IMG/VR virus record: IMGVR_UViG_3300035698_014481
Coordinates: 1-39,882 of that record
Direction: 5' to 3' (one strand)
From: a virus
DNA length: 39,882 nucleotides
Positions 16,148-26,069 of the stretch are shown one piece after another. The position numbers and the translations under genes are program-made. Position 1 is the stretch's first letter, and every line of letters starts with the position of its first letter. The notes under the pieces were generated by a model. The model was not told the origin of the DNA. It was given only the letters and a program-made list of their open reading frames with translations, and made no database searches.

Positions 16148-17547
16148 CCCTCGAATATCTCAATCATTTTATCAAATGTTTGGTTAAGATCGTGTGCCTC
16201 AAGACCTTGACCATATAAAAAATTTGTTCCACTTCCATATGTGGTAGTTGCTTTTACTTTTTGAACATACGCAAGATATTGATCGGTAGTTATAACTTCA
16301 TCGGTGACCATAAGATTTGCTAACTTTCCTGCGAATAATCTATTCTGACCAATTCCAGTCACAGTGAGATCATTTGTTTGAGTAGCGTCAATATTTATTG
16401 CTACCAATGCTCCATCAACAGAAAGATAAAAATGGTCGTCAGAATCACGAGAAATAACTATTGTGTGTGATTCCCCATCAACCCAATTGGTTCCGAATGT
16501 CATACTAAATGGTGTTGATGCTGCATCCATTTCAATATTTATAATTCCAGATGCTGATGTTGAAAATCGTATATATGACGATGTTGATTGAACATCTGAT
16601 ATGATATGAGGAGCTCCTAAAACACTTGAGATGACTGCTTGAAATGCTAAAGTAAAGGTCCCACTGATTGTGAGAGTCGAATCAAGTTCAATCCAACCAC
16701 CATAATAATCTGATGTGTTGTCATTCATTGGAAATTCATATCCATTGGCAACAGATGGTTTATCTATTTTATGAGCAGATGAAATAGTGTAATAATTTAA
16801 CGCCTCAGTGATTTGCATCCCATAAGACCACATTAAAACTTCTGACATTACACCATCAAAACCTACTGTTCCGAATTGTGAATCACCAATGTATAAATCT
16901 TCACCAACATCACTTCCTCTTGTCCCTACAGGCGTTGATGTCCCAGTCACTGCTGTTGCAACACCGTTAATATATATTGCAGGATCATTTGTTGTTGCTG
17001 AAGAATTGTAAACAATGGCAATATTTGTGAATGTATTAATAGGTATTACAGCCGACGTTGTAATCCATTTGCCATCAGTAGTTGAGAATTCCTGACGAAA
17101 ATTTAGTTTCATATATCCAGCAACTTCATCACTCAAGAAAACCCACCATCCAGCACCTGCACCGTCACTTTTTTCAACCAATCGTCCAAGATTAGATTCT
17201 CCATCATTATATGGATTAAACCAAAATGATAATGTTCCACTGGCATCCCATATATTTTGGATACTCGCATGATCAGCAACAACAATGTTAGTCGTTCCAC
17301 CATCAAAAAGATACGCATTTCGATTGTTTCCAATATGATCAGGCACTAGTTTTGTACCTGTTATCGTTCCATTATTTGTATTTGTACTAGCATCATTTGC
17401 ATTCTGATTAAATGGCCAGTAACCAGCAGCAATAATATTTAGAGTTCCACCATTTGCTCCTGTTCCGTAGTCAGTAATAGCTGCGTTGCTATCTAAAGGC
17501 ATGAACAAGACCGGTTTAAAATCAAGGTTTGCATTTCTAACTGCCAT
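16138..17547 (-). CDS. LamG (concanavalin-like lectin) domain protein, putative baseplate/adhesin
   Basis: NAYLFDGGTTNIVVADHASIQNIWDASGTLSFWFNP...GWWVFL...IAIVYNSSATTNDPAIYINGV fits the LamG_3 jelly-roll pattern. A second similar segment lies in the C-terminal half. Confidence 0.6.
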   Translation of the reverse strand: MAVRNANLDFKPVLFMPLDSNAAITDYGTGANGGTLNIIAAGYWPFNQNANDASTNTNNGTITGTKLVPDHIGNNRNAYLFDGGTTNIVVADHASIQNIWDASGTLSFWFNPYNDGESNLGRLVEKSDGAGAGWWVFLSDEVAGYMKLNFRQEFSTTDGKWITTSAVIPINTFTNIAIVYNSSATTNDPAIYINGVATAVTGTSTPVGTRGSDVGEDLYIGDSQFGTVGFDGVMSEVLMWSYGMQITEALNYYTISSAHKIDKPSVANGYEFPMNDNTSDYYGGWIELDSTLTISGTFTLAFQAVISSVLGAPHIISDVQSTSSYIRFSTSASGIINIEMDAASTPFSMTFGTNWVDGESHTIVISRDSDDHFYLSVDGALVAINIDATQTNDLTVTGIGQNRLFAGKLANLMVTDEVITTDQYLAYVQKVKATTTYGSGTNFLYGQGLEAHDLNQTFDKMIEIFEGWQ

Positions 17548-18461
17548 TATGCCACCGTGTTGTTTCCAATAAACACAAATACATCCAATAAGCTTTTACT
17601 CTCAGCATCAAAAACATGAATATCTGTAAGCAAAGGAGTAGTATCAGGATTAAAAAATGCGACCGCATTGATATTGAATCCAACTGCTTCACCAGCTTCA
17701 AGAATTCCTTGCATCTCAACAGTTTGTCCACTTATTGATGGGTATCCTGTCACAAAATCTTTATATAAATCTGTGGATTGCCATTGTCGTAGTGTATCAA
17801 ATAGCACATCACCAGCAATAAATTCGTCTGTGGCATTATTAGTCGTAATGTTCACAACTAATGTATCAATGTCACCTGAGACAGTACCAGTTTCCGTCCA
17901 TGTATTCAAAGCGACATTTGTCGCTAGCCAATTCCAGCCCACTGCTAATTCAGATGCTAACCAAACATAACTATAATAATTTGAGGTATCACTACCAAGT
18001 TTCAATTCAACTGCTGTTCCACTTGTCACGAATTTAGCAAGAGCTGTTGCATCAAGAATATATAACCAACATCCTGTATAGTACGTTGCTGTTGCATCTG
18101 TTCCTGCTGATCCTATGTCAGCAATTGTCCAGACTTTTGAAGCATCTGTATCATTAGCAATAAGGTTTTGTGATGTCATATCTGTTGTTCCTGCACCATC
18201 TTTGTATGTTGTAGTATTGTCAGTTGAGTTATCTCCACCATCACTTCCAGTAAATGTATTGCTACCATCATCAAGAACAGTTCCGTCATTAATTGGTACT
18301 GGCATAATAAGTTCTGATGTATTCACAGATGGAGTTGTTTGATTTATACCTATTTGAAATTGTGAAGGAGGGAGATATTGTGTACTGCTTAGATTAGCAT
18401 TTGTGGTATATGATCTTTGTAGAAGAATGACCTTTCCGTTTGTTGTAACATATGATACCAT
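17547..18461 (-). CDS. Putative baseplate/tail-tip protein
   Basis: Track ORF. Call is positional only. Confidence 0.4.
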   Translation of the reverse strand: MVSYVTTNGKVILLQRSYTTNANLSSTQYLPPSQFQIGINQTTPSVNTSELIMPVPINDGTVLDDGSNTFTGSDGGDNSTDNTTTYKDGAGTTDMTSQNLIANDTDASKVWTIADIGSAGTDATATYYTGCWLYILDATALAKFVTSGTAVELKLGSDTSNYYSYVWLASELAVGWNWLATNVALNTWTETGTVSGDIDTLVVNITTNNATDEFIAGDVLFDTLRQWQSTDLYKDFVTGYPSISGQTVEMQGILEAGEAVGFNINAVAFFNPDTTPLLTDIHVFDAESKSLLDVFVFIGNNTVA

Positions 18462-18462
18462 T

Positions 18463-19944
18463 TTAGTCCTCGTCGATAATTGCTTCTGTGCTCAAGTATG
18501 ATGATATAGGCATGTACCCAATAACACTATTAAGTGAAACGTCTAAAATAAATCCACCTCGTGTGTATGATGATGCTTTGCTAGATGACTTTGTGATGGT
18601 GATAGTGTTTGAAACCTCGATGACTTGTCTTAAAATCGATGTAAATTCATTACTAGTCTTCTCAAGTGCTCGCAATCTATCATCAATAATTCCAAAGAAA
18701 TCACCAAGGCTTAAACTTTGGTTTCCAATCTCTAGAACATCTGTTGCTTCTCCATAATTAAGAATCCTTTTAAATACAATATATACACCACTGAAAAATG
18801 TGTTGTCAGGATCAACGACTTGAATAGTATTTCCTGCTCGAACATCTCTTAAAGTTGTTTCAATAGTAGTTGAAATAATTCCGTTATTAACAATAGCTAG
18901 AATCTGCCTCACTCTTGTTTGAGCATCGTTGATTGTTTTCACATCATCAAAGTTGAATATATCTTGCTGAGTCAAACCATATGTAGCGATGCTTGTAAGA
19001 TCCTTTTGAGTCACGGGTGCTGGTATTCTTGTTGAGTATTTCATAACAACGTTATCTGTTCCTACAATAGGAGGAACTGTTATTGTGAATGTTTTGTTAT
19101 CTTCAGCAACTGTGTAATCATAAGTATCAGATGCACCAGCAATTCCTTTTTGTTGCAACACTGAATTGACAGTCAGTTCTGTTGTCTCTGGTGTGTACGT
19201 TAAAGTAAATGTATCAAGTACACCTGTTCCGTCAAATGATTCTTCTCTCGTATCAAGCTGTGTTGCTCCTTCGACTGTCACCTGATTTCTCATCGATTCA
19301 ATATCGTGCTTCCAATCAGGAAGAGTGATTACATTTCCTCCAACTGTGAGAGGAGTACCATACTCAGTAGTCCCACGAGGTTCGAGTCTTATATAGTCGT
19401 TATCATAATCATCATAAAAATACCACCCAAGAACGTTTGCAATAAACTGCATTTTTGACAAACGGCTCTCATTCTTTATCACAAGACGATCATATGTGAT
19501 GTCACTTGGTCCTGTTCCACTGGCAACAGCTGATACAGTAAACCCACCATCTTCAGCAATATCAGTGAAGATAGCTGATAGCTCTCCAGCTTCTGAATCA
19601 ATATTTTTATCGTATGATGTTGTAAAAAGATTATATTTTAATTCATTCAATCGACCTTTACAACTTAAAGCATAATTACCATCCTCGTCAAAATTCGATG
19701 ACTTAATCGTTCCTTTAAATTCAATAGTATCAGTCGACGTGACTGTTCCTCGTGTCCAAACAATTGCATCACCAGATGCTGGAGTAACAGCTGCTGTTAC
19801 TGCGTTTGCAAGATAAACATCTGCACCATCACCTGTATCAAATTTCATCTTCTGCTCACAAGTAGTATCTTCGAGGACGTAATCAGTCACATCAATTCCT
19901 GCGACTGTTATCTTTTCCAACAGTGGTGTCAATAATACCATCAT
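18463..19944 (-). CDS. Putative distal tail / tail-tip protein
   Basis: Track ORF. Lies two genes downstream of the tape-measure candidate in the usual Dit/Tal position. No motif confirmed. Confidence 0.4.
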   Translation of the reverse strand: MMVLLTPLLEKITVAGIDVTDYVLEDTTCEQKMKFDTGDGADVYLANAVTAAVTPASGDAIVWTRGTVTSTDTIEFKGTIKSSNFDEDGNYALSCKGRLNELKYNLFTTSYDKNIDSEAGELSAIFTDIAEDGGFTVSAVASGTGPSDITYDRLVIKNESRLSKMQFIANVLGWYFYDDYDNDYIRLEPRGTTEYGTPLTVGGNVITLPDWKHDIESMRNQVTVEGATQLDTREESFDGTGVLDTFTLTYTPETTELTVNSVLQQKGIAGASDTYDYTVAEDNKTFTITVPPIVGTDNVVMKYSTRIPAPVTQKDLTSIATYGLTQQDIFNFDDVKTINDAQTRVRQILAIVNNGIISTTIETTLRDVRAGNTIQVVDPDNTFFSGVYIVFKRILNYGEATDVLEIGNQSLSLGDFFGIIDDRLRALEKTSNEFTSILRQVIEVSNTITITKSSSKASSYTRGGFILDVSLNSVIGYMPISSYLSTEAIIDED

Positions 19945-20357
19945 ACCTCCTTTATTAGTAATGTGAATATAACTCTATTAGGATCACTAAATGCTCTTGT
20001 CCATTCCCATGCAAAGGGTTTAGTCCGATACTCTCTCCCAAATGAACTTGTATATTGTGATGATGATTGTAGATTAAAGGTGTTGCCAACACCGAATACC
20101 CAATCTTCAATTCTTTCAATTGCATTTCTTAATCGAACATTATCAGTATCACCTGTGAAACCTGTTCCATCAAATGCACCCTGGATCATAATAATACGTG
20201 TTTTTCCTTTCCAATCAACACTTGTGTTTCCAATTGTTCCTGTCAATGGTATGTTGAATTCAGATACTTTTACGATTCCCTGAAAGTTTTCAGAATAGAC
20301 TGTGGTGAATGCTTCACTACCTGTAAAAATATCCAATGTGGGTTTCAACGCTGTCAT
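19941..20357 (-). CDS. Hypothetical tail protein
   Basis: Track ORF with ATGA overlaps on both sides. Confidence 0.45.
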   Translation of the reverse strand: MTALKPTLDIFTGSEAFTTVYSENFQGIVKVSEFNIPLTGTIGNTSVDWKGKTRIIMIQGAFDGTGFTGDTDNVRLRNAIERIEDWVFGVGNTFNLQSSSQYTSSFGREYRTKPFAWEWTRAFSDPNRVIFTLLIKEV

Positions 20358-21196
20358 TTCTTCACCAACTCCGATACAAAGAATGTATTAACACCGGGCT
20401 CACTTGGACTCATAGCGCGACGACCTTTTGCCACTTCACTCTTTAACCATGTTTCAGCAGTATTACCATATAAACGTGTTGCTGCACCAGGCACACCTGC
20501 TCCTAATCGATCAATAGTTTGGAAAGCAGATGCTCTATCTGATGCTGCACGATCAGAATCTCTTGGTCCAAATGATATTGTTGAGTTCCGTTTCTTTAAA
20601 AGTTCCGTATATTCTTCAAGCAAGACCTTTTGTTTGGTCTGTTCATCCATCATACTTTGTAATTGTTCTGTAGTTAATGTAAGAATGTTTTGCTCATTCT
20701 CATAATCATCATACATTGTTATGACTTTCTCATTTGTGACAGTCAACCAGTCTTTGATCTCACCGTTTTTGTCAAGGATTTTGAGTCGTGTTGCTTCGTC
20801 TTCACTAAGAATATCAATGATCTTCCCAGTCTTTTGATTTACTTTTAAAACCTTTTGTTCGCCATCAACAATGGCTTTCATAAACGCGTTTTTCTCATCT
20901 TCAGGAGTATCACCAGATTGAAGCAACATTCCTGCACCTGCAACAACTCCACCGATTACTGTTCCACCAAGTCCAGCTGCTCCTTTAGCATCAGCTCCAC
21001 CACCAAGAAGAGAACTCACCAGTCCACTCTTTCCTTCTAGAGCTGATCGTTTTGATTGTGTGTTACTCGCTTTCATTTCACCAAGAATCTCTTTAAGTAA
21101 ATCGTTAGTTTTCTCCATAGAGGCTCCACCTCCATCACCACCCTCGTAATTATCAAGCGTGACGTTTATGTTTGCGACTGGGTCTAGTGTTGCCAT
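20354..21196 (-). CDS. Putative short tape measure protein
   Basis: Gly-rich hydrophobic segment GLVSSLLGGGADAKGAAGLGGTVIGGVVAGAGMLL followed by a helical Glu/Lys-rich region. Position is after the tube and chaperone candidates. An alternative start is ATG 21118, behind GGAGGTGGAG. Confidence 0.4.
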   Translation of the reverse strand: MATLDPVANINVTLDNYEGGDGGGASMEKTNDLLKEILGEMKASNTQSKRSALEGKSGLVSSLLGGGADAKGAAGLGGTVIGGVVAGAGMLLQSGDTPEDEKNAFMKAIVDGEQKVLKVNQKTGKIIDILSEDEATRLKILDKNGEIKDWLTVTNEKVITMYDDYENEQNILTLTTEQLQSMMDEQTKQKVLLEEYTELLKKRNSTISFGPRDSDRAASDRASAFQTIDRLGAGVPGAATRLYGNTAETWLKSEVAKGRRAMSPSEPGVNTFFVSELVKK

Positions 21197-21554
21197 TTTT
21201 CATTTTCTCAAGCAATTTCTGTGGACTTTTTTCAAACCACACCTTGTCTTCTGGACTGAATTCGGATTTTCCTTCTTCGATCAAACCAAGTTTGATCAAC
21301 TTGTTTTTAATATATTCTCGAATCCTTGCTGATTGTTCAATAGGTAGAAGATCGAACTCCTTCTGACTGATGTCAACTATCTGATTCTCTATTTCTCGAA
21401 TAAAGATATATGAGTTCTTTGTTGATCCAAGAGTGGCTTTTATATTTGCTTTATCAACCATCCGTCGATTCAATTCAAATAGTGCTATCTTCTTATCTCC
21501 GAGGTCAATTGTTTCAGATGAAACAATTCTCATATCTTTCTTCCAAAATATCAT
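21153..21554 (-). CDS. Putative tail assembly chaperone
   Basis: Lies between the tube candidate and the tape-measure candidate. GGTGGA precedes ATG 21554 (TAATG overlap with the upstream stop). Confidence 0.35.
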   Translation of the reverse strand: MIFWKKDMRIVSSETIDLGDKKIALFELNRRMVDKANIKATLGSTKNSYIFIREIENQIVDISQKEFDLLPIEQSARIREYIKNKLIKLGLIEEGKSEFSPEDKVWFEKSPQKLLEKMKNGNTRPSRKHKRHA

Positions 21555-22558
21555 TATACCGTCCACCACTCAATAGGTACATTACCTAGTCCTTTTCTTG
21601 CAGTAAAGTCAAATGATAAGATTGTAACTCCACCACCAAGATCTACTGCCTTTCTGATGCTATCAATAGCAACCTCATCAAGTTGGATGTTTCCATATCG
21701 TGAAGCATTAACAAATTCCATTTCAAGTTCAAGACTTGCTGTTGGACTTATTGCAGTTGAACCATCCTCAGGTTCATACACTCCACCATCAACATCACCA
21801 TAAAAATCGTTTATGATAGTTGTTGCCAATACTGATGACATCTGAATAGATACGTTCCCTGTATATGTTCTTGCACCAAGTTTTGGAATTGTTATAAATC
21901 TACTGTTGATCGTTCTCGTACTTTCAATATTGAACCCATTATTATAGTCGAGACGAAATCCTGTCACACCACTCAAAGCTGTTGGACTTGCTCCATATTT
22001 CCAAGTACCATTCAACATAATGAACGCCGAAGTCGTTACCGGAGTATATGTTTCTCCTGATCCACGATATTGGGATTTCTGTCCAACAAAAGATGCTGAA
22101 CATTTAAGTTTACTATTAATCTGACCTGATAATGAAAACGATGTTCCCATGCATCCTGTAGCAAAAGTGACTGTATCTGTACCGTCATCATTCAATTCTT
22201 CAATACTGAATGGAACAAGAACAGTTGATGCCAACGCTTGAGCTGCAGTAGATGTCGCCTCAGTAAGTACATAATGATCACCAGATGACCCAGCGCCTGT
22301 TCTAGATCCTACCCAATGTTGTAAAAATGTGAAATCAACAACATCAAAATCAACACTTCCTTCTGCACTAAATGGACCATAGTATGTATTAGATGCGTTA
22401 ATTCCTTCACCTAAACCACGATCATATATGAATTGGTTGTTTGATTTGATGTTTATTCGTTGGACTCTTGCAAGTTCCGTATAGGTTCCTGCTTCTGTAC
22501 CGTATGCACTTGTTTCAGTCCCATACTGTACTTTTGTGAATATACTTCCTTGTGACAT
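21554..22558 (-). CDS. Putative major tail (tube) protein
   Basis: Track ORF. Gene order: neck proteins, then this gene, then chaperone, then tape measure. Confidence 0.45.
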   Translation of the reverse strand: MSQGSIFTKVQYGTETSAYGTEAGTYTELARVQRINIKSNNQFIYDRGLGEGINASNTYYGPFSAEGSVDFDVVDFTFLQHWVGSRTGAGSSGDHYVLTEATSTAAQALASTVLVPFSIEELNDDGTDTVTFATGCMGTSFSLSGQINSKLKCSASFVGQKSQYRGSGETYTPVTTSAFIMLNGTWKYGASPTALSGVTGFRLDYNNGFNIESTRTINSRFITIPKLGARTYTGNVSIQMSSVLATTIINDFYGDVDGGVYEPEDGSTAISPTASLELEMEFVNASRYGNIQLDEVAIDSIRKAVDLGGGVTILSFDFTARKGLGNVPIEWWTV

Positions 22559-22559
22559 T

Positions 22560-23237
22560 TTAACTCGTTACCTCGTCATTTAATGGAGCTCGAAGCTCCA
22601 ACGTTTTACTGAATATCTTGTCTCCTCTACCTTCCTGTGGTAACATTGGACCAACAGAAACAGGGGTGATATATCTCAAATAATAGAATGATTTTTTATT
22701 AGTTAAGTATTTCTCTCGGATATCTTTGACATACGTAGACACATTTCTCCTTCCTGTTGCATACATATACACACTAATCAGGAGATCATTCATATTAATA
22801 CTGCCATCAAGTGCAGCTTCTCGAGTATCGGTACTTGTGATGTCAACAATAATCAAAGGATATTTGCTCACTGTAAGTTTTTCTTGATTGTTAGCCGAGA
22901 ATATTTTGTCTTGTGTTGCTGATGATCCATAGTCAAACTGTATATCAACATTATTGATTCCTGATGCTGGAGCCACAGTAAATATGACTGTATATGTAAC
23001 ATAGTTTACAGTGTAATCTGTTCCATATGTTTGAGCAACTCCCCCAACTGTAACACTTCTAACATTTTTTAGTAATGGTTTTGATACTGTGAAGTCTGTT
23101 TCAGCACCCGTTCCATTAAACTCTTCAGTTGTAGTTACGACTGCTCGTGTTGTAGTCGTCAAAATATCTGAGTTTCTCAAGAAGACCACTTGCTCTTGAA
23201 GAATCGTCATTTCATCAATCAATCCAGTAACTGTCAT
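22560..23237 (-). CDS. Putative tail terminator / tail-completion protein
   Basis: Positional only. Confidence 0.3.
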   Translation of the reverse strand: MTVTGLIDEMTILQEQVVFLRNSDILTTTTRAVVTTTEEFNGTGAETDFTVSKPLLKNVRSVTVGGVAQTYGTDYTVNYVTYTVIFTVAPASGINNVDIQFDYGSSATQDKIFSANNQEKLTVSKYPLIIVDITSTDTREAALDGSINMNDLLISVYMYATGRRNVSTYVKDIREKYLTNKKSFYYLRYITPVSVGPMLPQEGRGDKIFSKTLELRAPLNDEVTS

Positions 23238-23650
23238 GCTGTACCACCGAATGCGTATTTCTTTGCTTCCTCTACAAACTTGTTAAACTTGGTATGAAAC
23301 ATTGGTCGAATGAATGGTTGCGGCGATGTTCCAGGATGATGAACTTCTTTTGCAAAGACATCTGTCGTTACTTTACCACCACGCGGGCCAGTTCCTGTCC
23401 CTTTCCAATGTAATGCTTTGGCATTTTTAGGTCGTATGATATGAGGAGCAGTTCCATATTCAACATACCAACCATGTTTCGCCATCATAATCTGGATCTT
23501 ATTTCCAGTGATCACGAAATCGATACTGAGTTTTAACTCTCCTGTGTCAACAGGACATGTTCTAGCAAGTTCTGTAGTGATCTTATTCGCAAGATACCAC
23601 TTAAATCGTTCTAATTGCATTGCCGTAACCATTATATTTTGAACAACCAT
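23234..23650 (-). CDS. HK97 gp10-like neck protein
   Basis: CPVDTGELKLSI matches the conserved VDTG-L--S signature of the HK97 gp10 family. The position is also appropriate. Confidence 0.6.
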   Translation of the reverse strand: MVVQNIMVTAMQLERFKWYLANKITTELARTCPVDTGELKLSIDFVITGNKIQIMMAKHGWYVEYGTAPHIIRPKNAKALHWKGTGTGPRGGKVTTDVFAKEVHHPGTSPQPFIRPMFHTKFNKFVEEAKKYAFGGTA

Positions 23651-23991
23651 CCCGTCTTATAAAACGACGTGGTTCCCAACCTCCTTGTGATTACTCGATC
23701 TGCTCGATATGTTTCACTATCATATGTGATTTTATCATTTTTATTAATTGTAACACTAGGAAGAACCATGATTATAGCATCTGCTCCTTGAAACAGTCCT
23801 TCCTTATCTTGTGACCATGCATCTTCCTTTCTAAACAATGCAGCAGAAATATTGCTTGCGGATCCAGCATCTGTTAATGTTTCCTCACCTGTTATATTAT
23901 CGGTTGTTTTAGTGACTGCTCTATACGAAACAGTTTTAGAGAAATTTGTCAACATTAATTGATATGTAGTTGCATCAAAGTTTATTGTCAT
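23632..23991 (-). CDS. Putative head-closure / head-tail adaptor protein
   Basis: Positional (between the connector candidate and the gp10-like protein). Confidence 0.35.
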   Translation of the reverse strand: MTINFDATTYQLMLTNFSKTVSYRAVTKTTDNITGEETLTDAGSASNISAALFRKEDAWSQDKEGLFQGADAIIMVLPSVTINKNDKITYDSETYRADRVITRRLGTTSFYKTGWLFKI

Positions 23992-24035
23992 GGCACTCGC
24001 CTCTTATTGAAATCACTTGATCTCAATAATTTGAT

Positions 24036-24884
24036 TTATACAAAGTCAACATACTTAATTAACTTCGGTATTAATAATCGATACTCTTTCAAAAGAACAT
24101 CATGTGTTCCTTTAATGTTAATATATGCCTGGCCAATTGTGACTGATCCTTCAGGTAATGAATACGTTGATGGAATATTATGAGTTCCTCCCATCTGCGC
24201 AGCCAATACTGAAAGAGCAGCAGTCACAATGACGAATCGTTTTTCTACTTGTCCAAGTGGATATGATCCATACCAATAATCTATGTCAATAAGTTGTGGT
24301 TTATCGTTCGCAAATATTGAATACTCACTATCTTCACTTGTCCTAATCTCGCCACTAGTTGGATATTGATATAAGGAGGATACAGTGACACTTGTGGCAT
24401 TTATAGTTAGTGTCTCGATCAGTCGTATGGGGTAATTAGGCACAAAAAAGTTATCCCTACCTGTACCATCAAGTGGTTGACTATCTCCTGAATTCCAGTA
24501 AGGATCTGTTGCTGTATAGATTACACGAAAAAGCGACGTGTCATCAGGATTTGTTGTCCAATCTGTTGACACCGTCAATGTCTTGTTTAGTGTAACATCA
24601 GAAATGACTTTAATTTGACCGGATCCTGTCCCAGAATATATCCACACATATGTTTCATGTGTAGTATAATCCTTATCATCAAAAGCCAAATCAGCTGCCG
24701 TTAATGTATCATCCGTTGCACTCACAACAGTTCCTGATTGTTCTACTGCCCAATGTGTCGTATATGTCTCTCTATCGAGATCTTGTTCTGCTGCTAAAAT
24801 CGCAGCATTCACAAACGTCAATCCGACATCAGCAGTTGTCAGTTTTGTCGCATCATATACTTCTTGATAAGTGCAGTATCCCAT
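24036..24884 (-). CDS. Putative head-tail connector (gp6-like N-terminus) with C-terminal extension
   Basis: The N-terminus CTYQEVYDATKLTTADVGLTFVNAAILAAEQDLD resembles the gp6-type connector pattern. GGAGTGA RBS. Confidence 0.35.
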   Translation of the reverse strand: MGYCTYQEVYDATKLTTADVGLTFVNAAILAAEQDLDRETYTTHWAVEQSGTVVSATDDTLTAADLAFDDKDYTTHETYVWIYSGTGSGQIKVISDVTLNKTLTVSTDWTTNPDDTSLFRVIYTATDPYWNSGDSQPLDGTGRDNFFVPNYPIRLIETLTINATSVTVSSLYQYPTSGEIRTSEDSEYSIFANDKPQLIDIDYWYGSYPLGQVEKRFVIVTAALSVLAAQMGGTHNIPSTYSLPEGSVTIGQAYINIKGTHDVLLKEYRLLIPKLIKYVDFV

Positions 24885-24891
24885 CGTTCAT

Positions 24892-25233
24892 TCACTCCAT
24901 TACAGCCGAAGGCGGAGCTTCTTCAACTGGCTCTTCAACTGCCTTTTTGAAAAAAGGTCTAGGTTTACGCCGCTTCTTTGCTGCTTCCTTTACTTTGACA
25001 TCCATCTCAGCTGCAACTTTCTTTTGCTCAGCTTCAACTTCAGCTTCTGTGATTTGTCTAGCAGGTGCTTCACCTTCAGGTCGAATGTTCTTGGTTGTTA
25101 ATCTCCAAGTCTCAACAACGTGTTGTTGGCCATTAACAATTGAAATATGTTCTGTAATTTCTTTGATTAGGTGATATGGTTGCTCAGCTTCCATGTGTGT
25201 TTCTAAAATTTCTACTCGGTCTGGTTTTATCAT
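24892..25233 (-). CDS. Hypothetical protein (113 aa from ATG 25233), Lys/Glu-rich C-terminus
   Basis: GAGGA lies 8 nt before ATG 25233. The track ORF start at 25296 would overlap the upstream gene. Confidence 0.5.
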   Translation of the reverse strand: MIKPDRVEILETHMEAEQPYHLIKEITEHISIVNGQQHVVETWRLTTKNIRPEGEAPARQITEAEVEAEQKKVAAEMDVKVKEAAKKRRKPRPFFKKAVEEPVEEAPPSAVME

Positions 25234-25246
25234 TTTTATATCCTCG

Positions 25247-25705
25247 TTAGCTATTTTCGCGTCCATTACTCTCAATCCCATCCGGTAATTCGCCAATCAC
25301 CATCAAGTAACCTCGCCACGTTCCTTCTTTCTCGTGCATCTCGGTCAATCTCTTGTCTTCAATCGGTTTGACTTTCGTCATATCAATTGCCCGACAATTT
25401 AAACGTTTCATGAACCATGCAAATACTCTTCGCATAGCTCCAATTTTAGCACCTTTTCCATCCACACCATGCGCAATCAATCCGACTGCATCGGAACTAT
25501 CGCCGTGATGTAATGGCTCAACTTCTTGCAAATTTATGAGTTTTTGCTCGTGTGCTATCGTTGAAAGGAATTGATCCTTGACATCATCTTTCACGATAAT
25601 ATCAAGCATCTTCACTTCAACTACTTTCACTCCAGCGTTGGTACCTATTTCACCTTTGGCACCCTTTTTGAGTGGGTAATGTAACCGCTGAAGTTGGCCG
25701 ACCAT
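25247..25705 (-). CDS. Hypothetical protein
   Basis: Strong RBS GAAGGAGGG upstream of the ATG. No motif recognised. Confidence 0.6.
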   Translation of the reverse strand: MVGQLQRLHYPLKKGAKGEIGTNAGVKVVEVKMLDIIVKDDVKDQFLSTIAHEQKLINLQEVEPLHHGDSSDAVGLIAHGVDGKGAKIGAMRRVFAWFMKRLNCRAIDMTKVKPIEDKRLTEMHEKEGTWRGYLMVIGELPDGIESNGRENS

Positions 25706-25737
25706 ACGGTCGAACCCTCCTTCACGATTATGTGCTA

Positions 25738-25768
25738 AACAAAAAATATGGGTAATACTAAATCACCC
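25738..25768 (-). terminator. Possible terminator after the capsid gene cluster (weak hairpin plus T-run)
   Basis: On the minus strand GGGTGATTTAGTATTACCC is followed by ATATTTTTTGTTT. Lies in a 65-nt gap, one of only a few intergenic gaps of 50 nt or more in an otherwise tightly packed arm. Confidence 0.35.
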
Positions 25769-25770
25769 AA

Positions 25771-26058
25771 TTAAATACCCTTTACGAATAAAGCGTATTG
25801 ATGGTTTGTTGTACCACCAGACGCATCAAGCGTAACTGTAGTCGTACTCCAGGTGCCTGTTACACTATCACCAGTTGTGATATCGTATGCTTCAACACCA
25901 TATACTGTTGTCATTGTCTGCTCGCTTCCTAAAACAGTTGTATCTGTCAGGTCAATAGTATCTGCACTATCGGCGGTAGCAGGAGTCAGAATAAAAACTA
26001 CTTTGATTCCGGTGTTCGGTAAATGTTGTTTACTCGTACATCCAGTTATTGCTGCCAT
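25771..26058 (-). CDS. Small Thr-rich beta protein, possible head decoration/accessory protein
   Basis: Track ORF just downstream of the major capsid gene. Resembles its neighbour 26070..26336 in size and pattern. Confidence 0.45.
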   Translation of the reverse strand: MAAITGCTSKQHLPNTGIKVVFILTPATADSADTIDLTDTTVLGSEQTMTTVYGVEAYDITTGDSVTGTWSTTTVTLDASGGTTNHQYALFVKGI

Positions 26059-26069
26059 TTTTCTTTACC

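Noticed and set aside
21153-21196. Programmed -1 frameshift between chaperone and tape-measure candidates
   Set aside because: No canonical slippery heptamer is present (only GAAAAAT), and there is no separate extension frame before the tape-measure ORF. A simple overlap or the alternative start at 21118 explains it.
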